DNA from: Ylistrum balloti
Lineage: Eukaryota
Direction of reading: 5' to 3'
NCBI RefSeq assembly: GCF_031769215.1
Contig: NW_026781921.1
Coordinates: 1,426,001-1,490,000, forward strand
Length of the DNA: 64,000 nucleotides
Each line of letters opens with the position of its first letter. Within the stretch, counting starts at the first letter, position 1. The position numbers and the translations under genes are program-made. The notes under the pieces were generated by a model. It saw nothing but the letters and a program-made list of their open reading frames with translations, was not told where the DNA came from and did not search any database. This document shows, piece by piece, positions 34,677-46,820 of the stretch.

Positions 34677-34695
34677 CTGCAGGATTGATGTTGAT

Positions 34696-34709
34696 GTTAC
34701 CATGGTAAC
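34696..34709. promoter_or_regulatory. Perfect palindromic RFX X-box GTTACCATGGTAAC
   Basis: Matches the GTNRCC-N(0-3)-RGYAAC consensus; 14-bp perfect palindrome. Confidence 0.45.
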
Positions 34710-34951
34710 TACACATTTTTGCGAAGAAGAGTTGGTGGGACACTCATCTATTACTATTTTTAAACATTTGATTCATTAAGCTGATATTTTGTTGTGATAA
34801 AACTCTAAGAAGTGTCTTTCCATATTTTAGGAAGACTGAAAGCTTGGCTGCATACATATTTTGATGAATAGGAAATTAAAGATGCAGTATTGCAGCAAGT
34901 GATGTAAATAAAGATAAAAACAACTAAGGGGTTATTACACCACCCAGCAGA

Positions 34952-34974
34952 CCCCCCCCCCCCCCCCCCCCCCC
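34952..34974. repeat. C23 homopolymer (G23 on the transcribed strand)
   Basis: Direct read. Confidence 0.95.
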
Positions 34975-35458
34975 GTTCATCCCCCAGCAATTATTTTGAT
35001 ATGTATCATTCCTCAATATTTTATTTAGCATGGCAAAAACAAGCCTTGAAATTTGTTTATCTCCACTTACATTCATCCCAACCAACAAACATTTTATTTT
35101 ATTTTTCCTTCTTATTCTTTTGTCTTCACTTAAATTTATTTAAATGGTGATTTGTTGTCGATACTTCTGAAGTAAGAACTGGGGTTACACGATATAGTTT
35201 CTTCACCTATTCCGTTACACACAAGAGACTGTATAGTGAGACAGTCTTGCTATCATCAGCCATACACAATCAATGCTTCATTGTAAAGATACATTACAGA
35301 ATAACAATCATCAGGAGTGACTTGGAACAGCGATACTAATGGCTGAACACAATAATGGCAGGGCGGCATAGAGAACAATAGCAAATGGGTGATTATCATT
35401 CTGAAACACAACATGTAAAGTTACTGGGAATATCAACTTCCAAACAAAGCCACAGAGT

Positions 35459-35520
35459 AATGTTGAAACACGCCTAAATGTTGAAACACGCCTAAATGTT
35501 GAAACACGCCTAAATGTGGA
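35459..35520. repeat. 18-bp unit x3 (aatgttgaaacacgccta)
   Basis: tgttg at 35461, 35479, 35497. Confidence 0.9.
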
Positions 35521-36189
35521 AACTTTAATAGATCTGAAAACATTTCTCTCATCAAAAACAAAAATAAACATCGTGTTCCATGTTCTTAAAAATGCATTTG
35601 TAATACATTTCAAAACATCCATAATATGTTTTTTCTTCCAGGCCAGTTATCAACTATTAAAGCTGAATGTTATAACAGCATAAATAGCCTTGATGTACAA
35701 ACCCAACTGTTACCATACAAAAAAGTGAATTTAGGTATGTTATCTTCAAGTCGATAAGATTGAGGAGAAATTCTGAGGAATTCCTCCTCCCTCCCTCCAT
35801 CTCTCTCTCCCCCTACAACATGTGGCTATACAGACACAGCTAGACTCTGCAGTAAATCCAGGTACAGCATACACTCCTCATCATTAACATCTAGTACAGC
35901 ATCATGTGTTCACCATATACCTGGTACAGTGATACACAAAAACATCTGCCGTTTATACAAAGCTGACCTCCTACATTTTCTAATGACTACCTCCATCTAA
36001 ACAAACCCAGCACACAATTAGGTCCATCATAGAACAGAACCATTTGGGAGATTTAGAAATATTTGTTTATACATTTCATATGAAGAATTTCATCATATCT
36101 ACTGTGATCTGTAAACTCAACCATTAAGGTGCATCACTTCAATTCTTATCACAAAACTTCTCTTCCTAATGTTTTAATCCTGTCATCAG

Positions 36190-36665
36190 GAGAAGGGACT
36201 GGTGGAAAAGAAGGTGAAGAAAAAGGCAGGGTATGGGGAAGAGGAAGGGGTGGGGAGGATGGTAGTGGAAGGAAAAGGGAGGGGCTGGAGAAGAAGGAAG
36301 GGGATGGGAAAGAAAATGAGTGGAAAAGGCAGGGGATGGGAAAGGGATGGGGTGGAAAAGGCAGGGGAGGGGAAAGGGATAGGGTGGAAAAGGCAGGGGA
36401 GGGGAAAGAGGAAGGGGTGGAGAAAAAGGCAGGGTATGGGGAAGAGGAAAGGGTGGGGAAGATGGTAGTGGAAGGAAATGGTATAGGTTGGAGAAGGCAG
36501 TGGATGGGAAAGGGATGGGGTGGAAATGGCAGTGGAGGAAATGGAGAAGAAAGCTGGGGACAGGGAAGGAGAGGGAAGTGCATGGGTGGGAGAAGGCAGG
36601 GGGCAGGGGACAGGGAAAGGCAAGGTCTTGAAGAGAAGGCAGGGGACAGGGAAGGAGAGGGGGTA
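36190..36665. repeat. Polypurine (G/A) low-complexity tract with internal duplications
   Basis: Almost purely G/A on +. The block gaaaaaggcagggtatggggaagagga...gatggtagtggaagga occurs twice. Confidence 0.93.
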
Positions 36666-38509
36666 GTCTCTCACAAAAAATTTTCAAAAACATATTGTAG
36701 TCATACAAGATACAGTTGTAATCACTTCTCCAGCCATTTGATTAGCTGGTAACTTGTGATTGTTTTCTGTGTACTGATAAAGCAAGTCCCTGCGATCCCA
36801 GAAGTGTGTATATCCCTTAACACCTCAATGGGATTGCACTCATTTTGTGTGTCATTCCTCCCGTATTTTCCAAGCTGCACTTACAATTATGATAACAATC
36901 TTGTAAACCATTTAAGACCTAATTTTTTGTCTACGTCAACATGAACACTAGTTTTCATACTCTGGTCAAAAACACTATTCTGAGAATATAGATGCATGAT
37001 ATAATGACTGGCTCCATCAACTGTCTGCAACATCAGTCTATGATGAACATCTTATGATGGATGCTGACGTCAAGTGGGGCTGCCATATGAATTTGTGACC
37101 TGAAGCCAGCAGAATAATAAGAAAAATAACACCGAAACAAATCTAAAAATAGCCAATTCTTTCTTAATGGTACACAGGCTACAAACTGTACTGAAAAAGT
37201 ATTTATTTGTACGCAATACTTAAGAATCCATATTCAAACTCTTTTCAGTAATTTTTGGTACTGTATTGAAACCTGCTGATTATGACATTCAATTTTCCAG
37301 ATGAAAATATTACAATAACTGACATTTGATAATAACCAAGCAAGCTGATAGATCAAAAGAAGTGAGACTACCACAATAGTCAAACCTATTGCTAAAGAAA
37401 ATGGAGATGATTAGACAAAGTAATATTAAAGGACAATTTTATGTTGTAACAATTAAAATCAACATAAAGTATTACTAATATCAATGTGATTGATTTAAAT
37501 GTTGTAAGCATGCAGTCATATTAGATGCAAAATAATTTCTTTCATTTTTATTTACGTTTCTAAAAACGGAACTGAACTGAAGGCAAGATAGATGTAATAA
37601 CACGAAGGTTTACATATAATATTAATCATTATCATGATTTCGTCACTGTTGGAAATACAAAAAAAACACCATGTAACCTGGCTCATGTAATCGTCAATGC
37701 AATTTTGTCACACAAAAAGCTACAACGATCATGTGATAGTCACATGTCCCATAAGTTGTTCTATCTAGACATATTTGATTTAATCTTTTAACAAATTAAT
37801 CTTTATGTGTATTGATATGAATGGAAATATCATACATTGTGAATAAATGTGTATATCAGTGTTTACACATAGCAATTTTTTTTTCTTGTTCTAATTGTTT
37901 GGGCATAATTTGGAGTCGTTATGTAATCGTAACTGACTCTGAGGTAGGGGTGGATCTTACCTGTAACATGTGGGAAAGGCTACCTCAGGGAACATAAGGT
38001 GATAATTAGTGAATTATTAAGAGTCACAAGCAACAGCCCAGGCGTCAAATACAGACACTTGCTCGGGGTTTTTAACTTACTAAAATCAATTCTGAACTGA
38101 AAAAATATTCATATTAACCAATATTTCACATTGGTCTGTATCACAACACACACACATTGGTCTGTATCACAACAAACATATTCTTTTATTTAATTCCTAT
38201 AGGAAATATTCAGTGCAAGGAAAAAACATGATAGCCAATATTTCATGTTTTTCTGTATCATAATCAAGCTTTTATCATCACACTAGGGTATATTATGATA
38301 TCTGATATCACTATAAGTGGGTTCTGCAGGACCTTATCGTATTCCAAATTGTCAAAACATTAAAAATGTTCTACATTTATCTGTCATTAACTCATTACTG
38401 CTATAATCAAAACCTACAGTACAACATTAATATGTCTTTTAGTCTCTAACTGGTAATAAAACCAAGAACTGTATTCATGTCAATAACCTCCATTCTGAAT
38501 GTCAAAACT

Positions 38510-38790
38510 CACAGTACCACTTAAGTCTTTCTGGACTACATTGTACATAAACCTGTTCAAGTCTGGACTACATGTACCAAAAGCTGTACCAGTCTGGACT
38601 ACATTTGACCAAAAGCTGTACCAGTCTGGACTAGATTGTACCAAAAGCTGTTCAAGTCTGGACTACATTGTACCAAAACCTGTTCAAGTCTGGACTACAT
38701 TTGACCAAAAGCTGTACCAGTCTGGACTACATTGTACCAAAAGCTGTACCAGTCTGGACTACATTAGACCAAAAGCTGTACCAGCCTGAA
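38510..38790. repeat. 32-bp minisatellite (accaaaagctgtaccagtctggactacatttg), ~8 copies
   Basis: aagctg at 38581, 38613, 38645. Confidence 0.93.
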
Positions 38791-39784
38791 CTAAATCATT
38801 CTATCATGTACTAGTACCAGACTGCCTATAGTATTACATACTCCACACAAGGCTATCCTAACACAAAATATACTTAGACTAAATCTAAAACCTAATCCAA
38901 AGACAGATTAAGCCATTTTCCATAAGATGACATTGCAAGGGAGGTACTTTCTTTTCAATGAAAACATAATCACAGCATGGACCTTTTTAGAAACTATAGG
39001 AAGACTCTACAAATCTACATGAAAAGTGCTACACTGGGCTGTTTTAATTAACTATAAAAGGTTGTCTTTATATGGTTCTCATTTGAGCAATATCTTTAAT
39101 TGCATAAAGAAGTACACCTCACAGATAACATGGAACAGACTTATGATTCTCTTGTCAATTTCAATGTGATTTCTCAAATACTGTATTATTCAATCAATGA
39201 AAATAGCGAAAATAAAAGCCTCTAAAAAAACCCTCTTCCCAGTATCATTTCCAAATCAGTTTGACCAGCGTTTCCGAAACTGGAACAGAACTATTGATCT
39301 TTATAGCAAGGTCTGGGCTACACAAGCATATTACATTCAAAACAATTCTTTCCTGTTTGACAGCATTAAAGGATAGGATATTTCCATCAACAGCCAACAG
39401 ATCTCTGAACAAAGACAATTTGATTTATATCCGACTTCATATAATTACCAATAACAACAATTTAGCTTTTGATATATACAAAATTGAGTTTTTTATTTCT
39501 TATTTCAGGAGAGCAAAGAGATATTTTTAAGGAATTCCAGACTGCAGTATCTGGCAAGCTCTTCTTTGTGATATTTTCAAGACTTTGAAAAAGTTTTAGA
39601 TAAAATGGTCTCCCTCGAGTTGAAGAGAAGATAAATACCATAATCTTTTGAAATCCTTAGAGAGATCCTTCTACTGTCTGGTTTACTACTCTTGATACAG
39701 TTATACCTTGCTGAGGTTCCTACACAGGACACTGACTCCAAGATTCTCTATAGCATTCAGTTCTGCTAATGGCATAACCACTGA

Positions 39785-39950
39785 ATTCTGATGACAGGTG
39801 TTACCGTCATCTCCTGATGGCAGGTGTTACATTCCCTTCTGATGACAGGTGTTACCACTGCCTTCTGATGACAAGTGTTACCATTGCCTTCTGATGACAG
39901 GTGTTACATTGCCTTCTGATAACAGGAGTTACTGTCACCTTCTGATGACC
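39785..39950. repeat. 26-bp degenerate tandem repeat (ctgatgacaggtgttaccactgcctt), ~6 copies
   Basis: gatgac at 39841, 39867. Confidence 0.88.
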
Positions 39951-42900
39951 ATAACCAACTGTATCATTCCAAGACCAGTCAGGGACAACAGACCCTCCCA
40001 CTTAATCACACCATTATGTAACTAATGGGCCTACATAAGCCAATCTATGCTAACAAATGAGTGCCACAAAGTATAACACAATACAGATTCTTCTCCTGTA
40101 CTTGATCAAGTGATACAGGACAAACTCTGTCAACAAAAATGAGACTAGATATTTGAGTAGAATTATAGAGAAACTAAGTTTTCAGATTATTCAAATCTAG
40201 CTTGCAAGATTATTGTGACATTTTTCAGTCACGAATCAAAGATATATTTGCTTCAGACAGAGTTCCAGTCAATGAGTTAGTTAAGTGGGCTAGCCATACT
40301 ACTCAAAGACTTCCGCATGCACTCCGGTGTCATAGAAGGTTCAAATGGAGGGTGTTTTACTAGAACAAGGCCAAACTAATACCAACACTGAAACAGAGGG
40401 TTATTCAGTAAACATCTCAAGTGTAGTAAGGTCTCTTTCCCATCAAGGTTAGACTTGTATACACTTTGATCGTAAACATCAATAATGAATGGAAAGACTT
40501 GTAAGCATTGGAGTTCAAATTCCGACTTTGAAAACATATGAAATATTTTTACAGACTTTGTATTCCAATATATGTAAACATATGAGACAGTCTGCTTCAG
40601 AATCCAATTCCATTGGAATGATGCATAAGCTGAACTAAGTACCAAACAGGATGTGGGTTAGTCCAGTATTGAATTCAACAGAATGCAGAACAAGCAAGTT
40701 TTCAATAAAATGATATGTGGGGGCACTAAGGATTTTAATCAAACAGATTGTGGGACAGTCCAGTGTTTATGCCAATAGCATATCAGATAGTCCAGTCGAG
40801 AATCAAACAGACTGAGGAAGGGCCTAGTTTGTAACCATATGGAATCTAGGATAGTTTGCTTTCAATTGAAATCAAATGTTATGTGGAAAAGTTGAATTTG
40901 AATGAAAGAGTAAACTGTTTCTACTCCTAAACCCCGCCCTCTGTAGTGTTCCAACTAGAACACAAGGGAGCAAAGGGTATAGAGCAATGCCTTTAAGACA
41001 CTACTGTTCTGTTAAAATCTGGTAAGATGAAGGACACCAGATTACAGCTAAAAGGGTTCCTGATAATTTCATATCATTTATACTAGTAACACATGAAACC
41101 CCTTGTGTATCCAATCCAAGATACCAGAAAGATTGGACGGAGATCAATTACATCAGAATGATACAAAGTTACGCGGTATTAATAAAAGGCTGAAAGATTG
41201 TCTCCAATCGCCGATTTATTACAACTGCAATCTTCACTGTCTTAAATAAACTAACTAGCCATTGATTTAGGAACCTGAATTTTCCCTCTCATTGCTATGA
41301 AGAAAAAATCTTTTTAAAGACCTAAATATATTAAATACTGGTAAAATGTATCAATATTGCTAGTGACCACTATATATGAAATAATGAACAGTCAATGATG
41401 ACCCTCTATGGACCCAGTGTAATCACATCTCTATATTTATTTGTAATTCTGGTACAAATCTACAGTCCAACAAGTTTTAAACTATGCTATACAGGAATCG
41501 TACATCAAAAATACCAGGTCCACACAGCTCAGTCTAAACACATTCAAAACTGCAGGCCATCGGAAACTAGTTTGAAAAGCATACATTCAGAATCAAAGAT
41601 AAAAAAAAAAAAAAAGAAGACCACCAAACTATGGCTCTCTGCTTACAGTCCTATATATGTAGTGGTAAGGAATCAGGGATAAGACCAGTCCAGAATTTAC
41701 ATCGTTTATGTATGTTACAGCATGTGATCTGTAATCTAGATCTGGACTGTCTGAGATATACCAGTGAGTCACTATTCATACAACTTCACCAGCTTCCTAT
41801 CCACATCTAAATTGGCCATATACAAGGTCACATTCCTCAGAGATAACCTGCTCACTATACCGAAATCCTCTAAAATTCAAATGGAAAATGTATCGATTCT
41901 TTTGATCAAAGCTTCACTAAATGTATCATTTTCTTTCTGCCTTCTCTGGTTACTTTTAAGTAAACAATATTTACAGAAGACTTTGAAAATATACAGTAAA
42001 TTTTCTGATATCTCTAGGCTCAACAATATCATACATTAACAACCAATATCCCCAATATTATCCAACTATATGCAGTGACATGCTTGATTTAGCTGGTGTT
42101 TTCGAAATCGTGAGACTCAGGTTTCTATTTGGAATAAAACTTTTATAAATAACCATCCCATCTTCTGTACTGGCTATAAACTAAACGTTTTGTCTTTTAC
42201 GTGCTGGCACCATTTCAATTCCTAAACTCCGCACTATAAATATTGTAACTGATCTTATATTTGTCAGGAATCTCCAGGGGGCTAAACAAGACTATTTCAA
42301 CATGAAGAAATCCACCCACGTCAGTGGCTCACATAACCCTTACACCATCAACACAACAAATGCACCAACAGAAGCTGTATTCAGTGATTTACACAAGTTT
42401 TCCCTGTTTGATTCAATGGCTTTTACTGGCATTTAAAAATGTCTGAAGCTAATTTACTTTAATTCTATTACAACTATCACCTCCAAGATAACTTTGGTCA
42501 CAGTATTTGACACTGGCATTTTTACCAGCACCATTGGTATCTTTTCCAATACTTATCCAAAAATAGAATTGTAGATATATATTGAACTGTATTTGCCTTT
42601 CAAACGTTGAAGCTTGTCTGGTGGATTCAGACAGCAAACTTGTGATTATTTTGTATTCTCCAACAGATTTCATCGATCATTTTGTCTCTTCTAAAACTTT
42701 TAAAAGAATTGAATATTGTATTTTGAAATTTTGCAACCATTTCTCTTGATAGAATGGTGTAGACTTTGCTTCTTAAAACACTATTACATCTGCATTACAG
42801 ACCAGTTGTATATCACAAATACCTGTCTATAAGGGGCACTTGTTTTGAGTCCCAAATTTAATATGAACCTCTATTTAATGTCATCTGTCTATGCACCCTT

Positions 42901-43756
42901 GAGAGGCCTTTATAGACAGGTTTGACATTTATATGATTTGATTTCCAATCCAATTTTGTTGGAAATTTTTTTTAATTCCAAATAAAAAATAAAAATGAAA
43001 AAAGTGTTATAGAAAAATTCAAAAGATTCTTTTGAACACCTAATCAGAAAGGTATCTGTATTCTGAGGCAATAAATATTGAATATTTCAAATGAAAAATG
43101 TTTCTGTTCAACTTCCAAAAATAAACACTAACAAAACAATACAATTCATCCTAATTTCCAAGAAATATATGTGATAATGATGGGAAATCGGTTAAAATCC
43201 ATAATCAGTTATCGTTTAAATTGATAGGCTTTTCTATGTAGTTAACCAATTACATAACCAGCTGACTGTATGTCCAATATTCATAGAAAATGAATGCATT
43301 CGCTATTAAAGTAATATTTTCTTTTCTTTTTTGAAACTTTAACCTAAATTACCTCACCATCTTTATATAGCAGAACATGAATTTGCTTTTTGATAAAACA
43401 CAAGAAAATATTACAGTACAGATGACTGATTATGATTTTCCCATCAGAAGAGGTTAGACTATTAGATAACATATCATATGCTATCATCGTAACATCACTG
43501 ATATATGATCAATCGTAAAACTAGATATAACTCAAAACCAGTTTCTGTTCAATTACAAAAAGAAAATAATGAACAATGAAATTTTGGGTATATGTTCACT
43601 GTTGAAACTACGGAACCCGATAGATATATAAGGGTTTTGAACTTTGGAAATGCTTCATACAGTAGGTATGGAAGCTGATAGTATTGTGTATCACTGAAGC
43701 ATTTCTGAGATTCTGCCTGCCATGTTAACACTAATTAATGTTTTACTTTGACCTAC

Positions 43757-43823
43757 CTTTGCATGTCCTTGACCTCCACAACCTTTCCAAAGGTACCTTC
43801 GCCTAGGGTGGAAACAATTTCAT
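43757..43823 (-). CDS. CLK2: CLK exon (Y)EIVSTLGEGTFGKVVEVKDMQ(R), Gly-rich loop, 67 nt
   Basis: ttgcag|AT ... AG|gtaggt; GxGxFG motif. Confidence 0.96.
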
Positions 43824-44623
43824 CTGCAAACAAAATAACCACACCAGTAAATTCACATGCATTTGATAAACAATCCACATTGAAATACATCAAAATGGAA
43901 GAGAAAATAGAACTATTAGAATTGGTTAATTCCCTGGGGAAATGCCAAGGTAGTGATTACTATGAGAAAAGCTTCCATTACTTTCAGAAACATCCTCGAA
44001 AAGTTCCCATGAAATTGCTTCAAGCTCATGGTAATTGGACTAAAGTTCTGATCAAAAGAGTGAAAGGCATGAAATCAATTATAAATGTGGACGCTTTTCC
44101 CCCATCCCCGGACATGTGCTACCATTTGCTAAACACCCTGTAAACAAAACTCTTCAAAATGAGAACATCTATATGTATGCTATATGTGATAAAGATATAA
44201 ATTGGAGTTTGTTATATTTGGCAGCCAATAATACTCAGATGGTTACCATTGCACTAAGGGAAATAACTCATCTTATGCAACAACCTCCAAATGGTAATAA
44301 CAATACATGTAATATTTCACAATATTCTATTATCAATGATTATTGATGCAGAACTACAAAGCATAATTCCTATAATTCCAGAAAACCCAAACCCGTTTTC
44401 CTTGTGTTTCATGGTACTTAATAAATGAAAAAGTGTGGGAGGGGTAATTCTCTTGGAACTCTTCTGTAGCGTTATCCCTTCGAATGTTATTCAATATCAT
44501 ATAGACCAAATATGGTCAAAATGTTTTGGACATTGAAGGTCAATCGAAGGGATAATACACAAAATAGGGGACACATATGATGCAAGATATAGTCTAGGCT
44601 AAACGTTACGAAAAGAGGTGTAC

Positions 44624-44708
44624 ATCGTGCTTGTAGGACATCGCCCGGCTGATAGATCAGATGGCCTTCTTCATCGTCCACAACCCTCGGACCAGCCTCA
44701 CTTTCATC
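44624..44708 (-). CDS. CLK2: CLK exon DESEAGPRVVDDEEGHLIYQPGDVLQAR(Y), 85 nt; equivalent of the regulated vertebrate CLK exon 4
   Basis: caacag|GAT acceptor and T|gtacac donor. The DDEEGHLI...GD.L..RY motif is typical of CLKs. Phase 0 in, phase 1 out. Confidence 0.92.
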
Positions 44709-45039
44709 CTGTTGCATCATCCCCACAACCACCAGGTGGCAGCACCCCAGCAATCACCCAACAGCAAAACAGCATCATCATGTCGTGGTAAGGGATGGCA
44801 GGAAGGCAGCACGGATGATACCCCAAACATCGTTCATTCATATTCAGATTTAATGATAGACAGCCCATAGTGTAGTCGGATCATTTTCATTGTCGGTTGA
44901 CCGGCAAGTCGAGTGGTAGGGCGCACATGAGATAGATAAGGGAGGCGAATGTGTCACAAAAAAATTACATCAGGACATCATCATCAATCAGCGTGTGCAA
45001 CATACATAACATTAAATGAGACAGCCACACTGCATGAGG

Positions 45040-45560
45040 TCAAATCTACAACATGGTGACCTGGATATGACCTTGGAGTTCATTTAAGATTCATAACCTG
45101 TGACCTAATTTCAAACTCAAAAGTTTTTTTTTTTTCAAAATAAATAATTCCTTTGATAAAAGCTATTTCTTATACATTCTTAATTAGTAATCGTAAATGA
45201 AAGTTTCTTTAACACAAGTTATCATTCCTAATAATCACTACAATATCTGTGGAGGGCAAAAATTCAGCAATGTTAAAAAGTTTAAATTTTCAAAAAGAAG
45301 AAGAAGAAAAAAAAAAAAGAAGTTAATTGCCACACATGTATTGATCAGAGAATGTAACAGTAAGCAAAGTTTCTATTATTTTCCATTAAATCAATCCTTT
45401 TTCCAGAAAAAAGTATGCATTTTTCACAGACATCCTGGGATGAGGATTCTTCGTGGGACGTGGCGTCACTGTAAGTGTGATGTATTGCCTAACAACAAGG
45501 TCACTTAAAGGTCACCAGGATAGACAGACCAAGCTAGTGGGGCTGCTTTAATATAGTCAG
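45040..45560. mobile_element. Degraded non-autonomous dispersed element
   Basis: gaccttg/ggtcac motifs; ends gacagaccaag...gctgctttaatatag. Confidence 0.3.
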
Positions 45561-46371
45561 TTGATATATACATAAACAAGAGGCTTTCACCAGTGTGCAA
45601 TTACCCTAAAATTCCCCTATATATCACTGGATGACAGTCTTTATATGTAGATTTACAGTATTAAATATTTAGCACTGCTGATTTATAAAACAACATTCAA
45701 TAAAATGTTTAAGAATACGAAAGACTTCATTTTTTATATAATAGCAATTTCATATAAATTATTCATCATTCATTTATTTAAAGGAAACATTAGATTTTTA
45801 TTACAAATGTTATAACTGAGGCATATGTATATATATTTATACATATATATGTATTTCTTCGTTTTTCTCAGGTGTAAGAAACATATCCATTAGTGACAAG
45901 ATAAATATTTTTTTCAGAACAGAAACTGCCAGACTTTGATTTTAAATTCATCAATCAATGAATATCTATTCTTCTTGCTTTCATCTCTGAAGACTAATAA
46001 AACAAATTTCTTGGCATTAACATATATGACCTTGAGCTATAGTGAAGTAACCTTGACCTTGAACTTCGAAGGTCTATTGATAGGATATATAAGTGTACAG
46101 GAGTGTTTGTCTAGTCACTGTACACTAACTGGGACCATATGCTACATGAGACCATAGTACCCTCTGTATGTCAACAATGACATGGATTCCATGGGCACTG
46201 TAATGAAGTGAAGAGAAGAAATTTGGCAACCAAGGCAACATACAAAGGATATTAGGCTGAATATCATGAGACACCAGTAAGTAACCAAAGGGAACAGCTG
46301 AATATAACCCACAATTACAGCTGAAAATCATCAACAATGTAGAGCAGCTAAAACAGCTAGAAACCAAAAGA

Positions 46372-46820
46372 ACAGCTCAGCACTGGTCCATGTCATGTAT
46401 CACAGCTAAGAACTGGTCAATGTCATGTATCACAGCTCATAACTGGTCCATGTCATGTATCACAGCTGAGGACTGGTCAATGTCATGTATCACAGCTCAG
46501 AACTGGTCAATGTCATGTATCACAGCTCATAACTGGTCCATGTCATTTATCACAGCTCAGAACTGGTCCATGTCATGTATCACAGCTCAGAACTGGTCCA
46601 TGTCATGTATCTAAGCTCATAACTGGTCAATGTCATCTATCACAGCTCATAACTGGTCCATGTCATGTATCACAGCTCATAACTGGTCAAGTTGAGAACT
46701 GGTCATTTTAATGAATCACAGTTGAGAACTGGTCATTTTAATGGATCACAGTTGAGAACTGGTCATTTTAATGGATCACAGCTGAGAACTGGTCATTTTA
46801 ATGGATCATAGTTGAGTACT
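46372..46820. repeat. 30-bp minisatellite (aactggtccatgtcatgtatcacagctcat) switching at ~46690 to a related variant
   Basis: ~10 copies of unit 1, then ~4 copies of gagaactggtcattttaatggatcacagtt. Confidence 0.94.

Noticed and set aside
36129-36752. G/E/K-rich and P/F/S-rich ORFs up to 207 aa
   Set aside because: Artefacts of a polypurine low-complexity tract; no splice or homology support.
44712-45029. C/D-box snoRNA (several TGATGA and CTGA motifs)
   Set aside because: No convincing terminal stem or properly ordered C...D pair at snoRNA spacing. The motifs are better explained as splicing elements.
46390-46614. MSCITAxNWS decapeptide-repeat ORF
   Set aside because: A 30-bp tandem repeat read in frame, intronic and antisense to CLK. 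The same applies to ORFs at 38499-38789 and 53872-54207.
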